IMG/VR virus record: IMGVR_UViG_2061766007_000921
Reading direction: 5' to 3' (one strand)
DNA: 24,199 nt
DNA from: an uncultured virus (IMG/VR IMGVR_UViG_2061766007_000921)
Taxonomy: Duplodnaviria > Heunggongvirae > Uroviricota > Caudoviricetes
Shown: in pieces, positions 1-4,730 of the stretch
How the letters are laid out: every line of letters begins with the position of its first letter
How positions within the stretch are numbered: position 1 is the stretch's first letter
Made by a program: the position numbers and the translations under genes
Notes under the pieces: generated by a model
What the model was told of the DNA's origin: nothing
Seen by the model: the letters and a program-made list of their open reading frames with translations, nothing else
Databases searched by the model: none

Positions 1-77
1 ATTGGCTATTGTCTAACAAAGAAAATATACAAAAGCATAATTTCTAATACGTGCTCTACCAACTGAGCTACCCCTCC
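1..77 (-). ncRNA. 5' half of a tRNA-like RNA with an extended or interrupted anticodon arm; runs off the window edge
   Basis: Minus strand reads GGAGGGG TA GCTC AGTTGGTA GAGC A (canonical acceptor 5' strand and D-arm, 77-52). The next 51 nt contain no canonical anticodon arm, T-loop or acceptor 3' strand. Confidence 0.7.
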
Positions 78-188
78 ATATTTCTTATTTCAATGAACAA
101 ATTAAAACCTGGTTTTACTAAGAGTGGTTGTTATTACTACCAGGAAACCTTCCTCTTAGTTTAAGCTAAAGAAATTCTTTAGTTTGAG

Positions 189-283
189 TGGTGGGAAGAG
201 AGGGACTCGAACCCCCTTACTGCAAGGCCAATACGACAATTTGTGTTCAGGTTTGATTTACAGTCAAGTGTCGTTATCTTCCC
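189..283 (-). ncRNA. Non-canonical tRNA-Tyr(GTA)-like RNA with rearranged D-arm
   Basis: Acceptor GGGAAGA/TCTTCCC plus A-CCA; T-arm GGGGG-TTCGAGT-CCCTC; anticodon hairpin TTGA-CTGTAAA-TCAA. No D-arm in the normal position; ACGACA (274-269) pairs with TGTCGT (238-233). Confidence 0.8.
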
Positions 284-291
284 AAAAAATA

Positions 292-888
292 TCAATTTTT
301 TGTATGATAAAATTCTCTCCAATTACTAAATGTTTTATCAACTGCGAGTGTTTTCAAATATTCAATATCATATTTGTCTGTTGTGTGTATTACTCTGTGA
401 CAATTTGGACAAACAATTATTAAATTGTCAGCATCATTAGTTCCTCCTTTACTTTTTGGAACAATATGATGAATGTCACAAGAACTTTCATTCCAACCAC
501 AAATTGAGCAAGAACATTTTGCTCTATACAATATTTTTGATACTGTCCTTGATGACAAGTCTAACAAAGATTGTACCTCTTCTTTAACATGCACTCTTTG
601 TAATTTACAATCATTACAATGAATGTGTCTTCCTTTCTTTATTTGGCTCTTTCTTACAAATTCTTTTCCACATTTTTCACAAGTATAATGATATTCTTGA
701 TTTTCGTAATAAACTTTAATGCCATTACGTATTTTATCAAGCCGCTCCTGTGTCATTGGTCTAGAATTTGCACAGCTCAAAGAACAACAATGTTTGTATC
801 TTCCAGCTTTCCAATCAGCATCTGAACATGTTACTTCATATTCTTTTCCACATCTTTTACAAATACATATATGTGTTTGCTTTTCCAT
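292..888 (-). CDS. Free-standing HNH (homing) endonuclease with N-terminal zinc-binding repeats
   Basis: HNH motif CSICGW...DIHHIVPKSKGGTNDADNLIIVCPNCHRVIH; N-terminal CKRC, CSLSC, CEKC and CNDC modules. ATG at 888 (MEKQTH, 198 aa) preferred over the ORF-track start at 924. Confidence 0.9.
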   Translation of the reverse strand: MEKQTHICICKRCGKEYEVTCSDADWKAGRYKHCCSLSCANSRPMTQERLDKIRNGIKVYYENQEYHYTCEKCGKEFVRKSQIKKGRHIHCNDCKLQRVHVKEEVQSLLDLSSRTVSKILYRAKCSCSICGWNESSCDIHHIVPKSKGGTNDADNLIIVCPNCHRVIHTTDKYDIEYLKTLAVDKTFSNWREFYHTKN

Positions 889-979
889 AAAAAAATATAA
901 ATTTATTTTTATATTTATTCTCAAAGCCTTATAAAAAATTCACTTTTTCTACAGTCACTCGCGATTTCAAAGAACTTAG

Positions 980-1065
980 TGGGGGAGGAGGGATTCGAAC
1001 CCCCTGAGTTTCTGATGTGCTTGATCTACAGTCAAGTGCCCGACCACCATCCGAGCAGCTCCCCC
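980..1065 (-). tRNA. trnY: tRNA-Tyr(GTA), CCA not encoded
   Basis: GGGGGAG/CTCCCCC acceptor with A73; D-stem GCTC/GGGC; CTTGA-CTGTAGA-TCAAG; 15-nt poorly paired variable region; GGGGG-TTCGAAT-CCCTC. Atypical C8 and G37. Confidence 0.9.
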
Positions 1066-1078
1066 ATTTTTAAAATTG

Positions 1079-1151
1079 TGCGTCCGTCGAGATTCGAACT
1101 CGAGACCCCAGCATTAAAAGTGCCGTGCTCTACCAGCTGAGCTACGAACGC
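1079..1151 (-). tRNA. trnK: tRNA-Lys(TTT), CCA not encoded
   Basis: GCGTTCG TA GCTC AGCTGGTA GAGC A CGGCA CTTTTAA TGCTG GGGTC TCGAG TTCGAAT CTCGA CGGACGC A forms a full cloverleaf. Confidence 0.96.
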
Positions 1152-1173
1152 ATAATTTCAAAGAACTTAATTT

Positions 1174-1253
1174 TGGTACATAGGTGGGACTCGAACCCAC
1201 GTGAGATGATCAAACTCGAACCTGACATAAGCGTGCACAAACTTCCTATGTAC
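1174..1253 (-). ncRNA. Aberrant tRNA-like RNA with two T-loop motifs, possibly His-like
   Basis: 8-bp GTACATAG/CTATGTAC closing stem ending ..ACCA; perfect T-arm GTGGG-TTCGAGT-CCCAC. Interior holds AAGT-TTGTGCAC-GCTT and TCAGG-TTCGAG-TTTGA instead of D and anticodon arms. Confidence 0.7.
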
Positions 1254-1257
1254 TTTG

Positions 1258-1331
1258 TCGGGCGCCCCAGATTCGAACTGGAATTACATCGGTATCAGCG
1301 ATGCGTCCTCAACCTATTAGACGAGCCCCCG
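1258..1331 (-). tRNA. trnI: tRNA-Ile(GAT), CCA not encoded
   Basis: CGGGGGC/GCGCCCG acceptor (one G.G mismatch); GTC/GAC D-stem; CATCG-CTGATAC-CGATG; 4-nt variable loop; TCCAG-TTCGAAT-CTGGG; A73. Confidence 0.88.
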
Positions 1332-1367
1332 AATATTTAAAGAACTATTGTTTCTTGTTTTACATTG

Positions 1368-1398
1368 CAAATATAAAAACTTTTTTTCTACCTGCAAA
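1368..1398 (-). promoter_or_regulatory. Bacteroidota-type housekeeping promoter inside the tRNA operon
   Basis: TTTG (1398-1395), 19 nt, TATATTTG (1375-1368), matching the Bacteroides -33 TTTG / -7 TAnnTTTG consensus. Confidence 0.8.
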
Positions 1399-1414
1399 AT
1401 TTATTTTAAAAATT

Positions 1415-1577
1415 TTATAAAATTGTTTTCTTTCCATTCATACAAGCAATATAATACAATATCTGAGTCTCTGTAAGATTATTAAACCATTCATCAAAAT
1501 ATTTGTAATACTTCTTAATTGTATTATAAGTAAATTCTTTATACAAATAATCTCTTAAATTTTGCCCCGCTTTCCAT
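1415..1577 (-). pseudogene. Small (~53 aa) phage gene with an apparent 1-nt frameshift near its 5' end
   Basis: The ATG at 1577 closes after 12 codons. Removing one base near the GGGG run (1568-1565) gives MESGQNLRDYLYKEFTYNTIKKYYKYFDEWFNNLTETQILYYIACMNGKKTIL*, which fills the gap between tRNA-Arg and the internal promoter. Confidence 0.5.
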
Positions 1578-1599
1578 AATTATAAGTTTTTAATTGTTG

Positions 1600-1672
1600 T
1601 ACCCCCTAGAGGACTCGAACCCCTGCTGAAGCATCCGTAGTGCTTTGTGCTATCCAATTACACCAAGAGGGC
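1600..1672 (-). tRNA. trnR: tRNA-Arg(ACG), CCA not encoded
   Basis: GCCCTCT TG GTGT AATTGGATA GCAC A AAGCA CTACGGA TGCTT CAGC AGGGG TTCGAGT CCTCT AGGGGGT A forms a full cloverleaf. Confidence 0.94.
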
Positions 1673-1681
1673 AATTATATT

Positions 1682-1726
1682 AAAATTAAAACCTCCTTAT
1701 TCTTGTTGTTGAATGAGGAGGTTTTT
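1682..1726 (-). terminator. Attenuator terminator upstream of the tRNA operon
   Basis: AAAACCTCCT-C-ATTC AACAACAA GAAT-A-AGGAGGTTTT followed by AATTTT, ending about 10 nt before tRNA-Arg. Confidence 0.8.
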
Positions 1727-1765
1727 GTATCTTTATATCTTGTTATCTTATACACATCTTCTCAT

Positions 1766-1849
1766 TCAACTTTGTACACAGAGTTTTAAGCGATAATAAA
1801 TCGCTGCTGATTTAATAATGTTAATGGAATATGTGTTTCTTGTTATCAT
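1766..1849 (-). CDS. Putative attenuator leader peptide MITRNTYSINIIKSAAIYYRLKLCVQS (27 aa)
   Basis: Short ORF directly after a consensus promoter; its TGA stop lies inside a strand complementary to the 5' arm of the downstream terminator. Confidence 0.72.
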   Translation of the reverse strand: MITRNTYSINIIKSAAIYYRLKLCVQS

Positions 1850-1867
1850 AATTATAAATTTTATATG

Positions 1868-1898
1868 CAAATATACAAAAAGATTTTTATCTTGCAAA
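1868..1898 (-). promoter_or_regulatory. Bacteroidota-type promoter driving leader peptide and tRNA operon
   Basis: TTTG (1898-1895), 19 nt, TATATTTG (1875-1868). Confidence 0.82.
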
Positions 1899-1934
1899 TT
1901 ATTTATTAAAATTCTGTGAGAAATTTCTCACATT

Positions 1935-2297
1935 TTACAGTTGAACATCTTCTATATCAACACTGGTTGTAATAGTCTTAATTTTTGCTGCTGCAATATT
2001 TTTCCAAACAGCTCTTCCTACTGAAGATGGACCGATGCCATCATATATATCTGTAGTCTTAAACTTTCCTCTTTCAAGCCATGCATTGAATTCTTCTTCA
2101 TTTCTTGTTGATTCTACATTACCGGTTTCATCAGCTACATAATAAATTGTTTCAACATTCTCTGATGGAACTAATTGCAATCTTTTAGGAAACAAAGAAT
2201 CTGACATTCCTTCTGTTATGAATTTCAAAACATCTTTCTTACCATAAGATTCTACAAGTCTTTGAAGCTCTTTTCTATCTTTATCTATTTGTTTCAT
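1935..2297 (-). CDS. Shared-leader family protein 4 (120 aa), putative head-packaged protein
   Basis: Begins MKQIDKDRKELQRLVESYGKKDVLKFITE; start moved to ATG 2297 by alignment with the three paralogues. Confidence 0.85.
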   Translation of the reverse strand: MKQIDKDRKELQRLVESYGKKDVLKFITEGMSDSLFPKRLQLVPSENVETIYYVADETGNVESTRNEEEFNAWLERGKFKTTDIYDGIGPSSVGRAVWKNIAAAKIKTITTSVDIEDVQL

Positions 2298-2313
2298 ATT
2301 TGTATTTTTAAGT

Positions 2314-2904
2314 TTAAATAACAATGCTTTCTATTTTCTTAATTTTATTATCTATAGCTTGTTTCTTCATTTTGAGCTTATTTAAAATATTAGACATTTT
2401 ATTGTTTTCATTAAGATAAGCTTTCAATAAGTTTCTATCTGTTGTTATATAAAGTGCTCCTGTTTTATCTTGAAGTTCTGACTTTCCCTTTATTTTATAT
2501 CTGCAAGATTCATGTTCATAACCTTCCCAATCTCTATGACCTCCTGAAATATTATTATCATAAAATTCTATTACTAATGGAACTCCTTCATATTCAAATT
2601 TAGCACTGTAAGTATAAGCAGTATAAGTAAATTCTGCCTTTTCCCAACCGGTTTCTGTTCTATTATTAACTTTAAAATTTCCAAGATATGTAATTTTATC
2701 TATAAAAAGTTCAGTATCATAATAATTGTCATTAGTAAAAGCAATATACATCTCTGTTCCGGGTGGAGTATTTTGAAGCAAAGGACAATTAATACTTGAC
2801 TTTCTTGCTTCATTTATACTGTCAACATATTTAATTACATCTTTCTTACCATAAGACTCTACAAGTCTCTTAAGAATATTTCTATCTCTAACTATTTGTT
2901 TCAT
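2314..2904 (-). CDS. Shared-leader family protein 3 (196 aa)
   Basis: Begins MKQIVRDRNILKRLVESYGKKDVIKYVDSINE; unrelated body; C-terminal coiled-coil-like tail. Confidence 0.88.
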   Translation of the reverse strand: MKQIVRDRNILKRLVESYGKKDVIKYVDSINEARKSSINCPLLQNTPPGTEMYIAFTNDNYYDTELFIDKITYLGNFKVNNRTETGWEKAEFTYTAYTYSAKFEYEGVPLVIEFYDNNISGGHRDWEGYEHESCRYKIKGKSELQDKTGALYITTDRNLLKAYLNENNKMSNILNKLKMKKQAIDNKIKKIESIVI

Positions 2905-2927
2905 TGTTTGTGCTGTTTTATATTATT

Positions 2928-3710
2928 TTATGAAAGATATATTTGAAGGACTTTTTCTCCTCCCCAATTTGTATAATCTACAACAGAGCCGTAATAACAT
3001 ACAAAATTTGGATCATTTTCATATGATTCATTAGAATCATAATGTTCATCATCATTCTTTTCTACATATACTATATTATCAAGTGACTTATAGTAGTTTC
3101 TACCGTTTCCTTTATAAAAAGCAATAAACAAGTCTGTTCTACATCTTTCACATCCTTCAATATCAACTATACCATCTAAATATCCATTTGGATCTGCATC
3201 AGAAGAGACTGAACCTTCAATTCTTTCTCTATCATATAAACCTTCATTCATATGATAATTTTGAATTGTTTTAAATTTTCTTTCTACTGTATCTTTTAAA
3301 AATTCTAAATGTTTTCTGCAAGTGTCAATAATATCATCTATATCACGTCCAAATTCATATCCGATTCTAAGATATCTTGCTTCGTTAAAAAACTTTCCTA
3401 TCCAATCACACAAAACCTTTAAGTTTTCCTTTGCTTCATAGTCAGAAGAATCATCATATATAAAATATGTACGACCGGGTTTAGAGAATCTTATTTTATC
3501 AATAGATTTAAGAACTGCATCACATCCTGTAAGTTCACACGCTCTTTGAAGATATTCATTACCTGCTTGTTCATATTCATCTGCAAGTGCATCAAATTCA
3601 GAATTAGATTTATATTCATTCAAATGTCTTACATAATTCAAAACATCTTTCTTGCCATAAGACTCTACAAGTCTTTTAAGAGAATTTCTGTCTTTATCAA
3701 TTTGTTTCAT
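2928..3710 (-). CDS. Shared-leader family protein 2 (260 aa)
   Basis: Begins MKQIDKDRNSLKRLVESYGKKDVLNYVRHLNE; internal HMNE/G may separate two cargo domains. Confidence 0.88.
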   Translation of the reverse strand: MKQIDKDRNSLKRLVESYGKKDVLNYVRHLNEYKSNSEFDALADEYEQAGNEYLQRACELTGCDAVLKSIDKIRFSKPGRTYFIYDDSSDYEAKENLKVLCDWIGKFFNEARYLRIGYEFGRDIDDIIDTCRKHLEFLKDTVERKFKTIQNYHMNEGLYDRERIEGSVSSDADPNGYLDGIVDIEGCERCRTDLFIAFYKGNGRNYYKSLDNIVYVEKNDDEHYDSNESYENDPNFVCYYGSVVDYTNWGGEKVLQIYLS

Positions 3711-3728
3711 ATTATAAATCTAAAATTT

Positions 3729-4304
3729 TTAAATTTTTACTGCTCTATTCATCATAGTCTTTATAATACTATCATATGATTCATTACGATGTGTTTTTGC
3801 ATAATTATACATAGTAACAAAATCATTTGCAAATTGTGCAGGATTTGTATATTGAACTTTATATGTTACTTGATTACTATCTTCATCTTCATAACCAACT
3901 AAAAATATAATATCTTCTGTTTCAGGATTAATTAAAAGTGCAGGAGCTAAAATAATATCATCTTTTCTTGGCATCCAATTATTTCTAATAAATTCATCTT
4001 CTACTGGACCATTATTCCAAAGAGTATCGGGAGAAACCCAAATATATCCGTCATCATCTTGATCATAATCTTCAGTCATGAATTCTTCAAAATTGATTCT
4101 TTGCTTACGGAACGCAGCAGTAACAGGAGCTTGTAAATTTCTTACAATATCTTCCAATTCTTCATATTTTTCAAAATCATCTTCATCATCCCACCAATCA
4201 TCAGTGTTTTCATTAAGATGTCTTACATAATTCAAAACATCTTTCTTACCATAAGACTCTACAAGTCTTTTAAGAGAATTTCTGTCTTTATCTATTGGTT
4301 TCAT
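3729..4304 (-). CDS. Shared-leader family protein 1 (191 aa, acidic)
   Basis: Begins MKPIDKDRNSLKRLVESYGKKDVLNYVRHLNE, followed by a D/E-rich body. Confidence 0.88.
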   Translation of the reverse strand: MKPIDKDRNSLKRLVESYGKKDVLNYVRHLNENTDDWWDDEDDFEKYEELEDIVRNLQAPVTAAFRKQRINFEEFMTEDYDQDDDGYIWVSPDTLWNNGPVEDEFIRNNWMPRKDDIILAPALLINPETEDIIFLVGYEDEDSNQVTYKVQYTNPAQFANDFVTMYNYAKTHRNESYDSIIKTMMNRAVKI

Positions 4305-4354
4305 ATTTCTTTACATAAATTTTTATTCACCAAACTTTAAATATTTATTTTAAC

Positions 4355-4381
4355 AAAAAAAGAGAACAAAATGTTCTCTTT
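4355..4381 (-). terminator. Intrinsic terminator
   Basis: AAAGAGAACA-TTT-TGTTCTCTTT plus T-run, 20 nt after the stop at 4401. Confidence 0.8.
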
Positions 4382-4400
4382 CAATTATTCAATTTTATTT

Positions 4401-4730
4401 TTATGAAACATGTATTATATAATCCATTCTACTCCAACCTCCACTAGAATCAACATATTCAATCTTTTTATCTAAAACAGATTTATCTGGAAAATCACTA
4501 AGCAATGAACCATATCGGTATTCACATGTATTTTCATTTAAAACAATATCACTGTTTATAGAAAAATATCCCCACTCTTCTGGATATTCTTTGATAACTT
4601 CGTCTATAAATTCTTTTACAGTAGTTGCTTTATATTTTGTTACACTATATGGAGCAGTGCAATCTCCTCTTTCTGGTCCAACTCTTCTAAATTCCATATC
4701 AAATAAAATTATTTTATTTAAAACATCCAT
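4401..4730 (-). CDS. Hypothetical protein (109 aa)
   Basis: ORF overlaps the end of the upstream gene and is followed by a terminator; no recognised motif. Confidence 0.8.
   Translation of the reverse strand: MDVLNKIILFDMEFRRVGPERGDCTAPYSVTKYKATTVKEFIDEVIKEYPEEWGYFSINSDIVLNENTCEYRYGSLLSDFPDKSVLDKKIEYVDSSGGWSRMDYIIHVS

Noticed and set aside
104..188. HDV-like (theta) ribozyme behind the tRNA-like RNA
   Set aside because: Nested stems are superficially similar, but the CC/GG P1.1 pairing, a convincing P2 and a G at the tRNA 3' junction are missing.
948..957. 10-nt copy of the Tyr anticodon region (TGACTGTAGA) upstream of the HNH gene as an insertion scar
   Set aside because: A single 10-mer match is within chance for a region this size and has no supporting structure.
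184..1340. Plus-strand ORFs 184-423, 619-825, 719-934 and 1125-1340
   Set aside because: Antisense to tRNAs or the HNH gene, with no protein-like features.
912..1907. AATAAATA at 912-919 and 1900-1907 as late promoters
   Set aside because: One mismatch from TATAAATA and expected often by chance at this AT content; not called without TSS data.
2200..4304. Repeated ~90-bp units as a CRISPR array or mobile-element ends
   Set aside because: The repeats are in-frame coding leaders spaced 600-800 bp apart with mostly codon-preserving differences.
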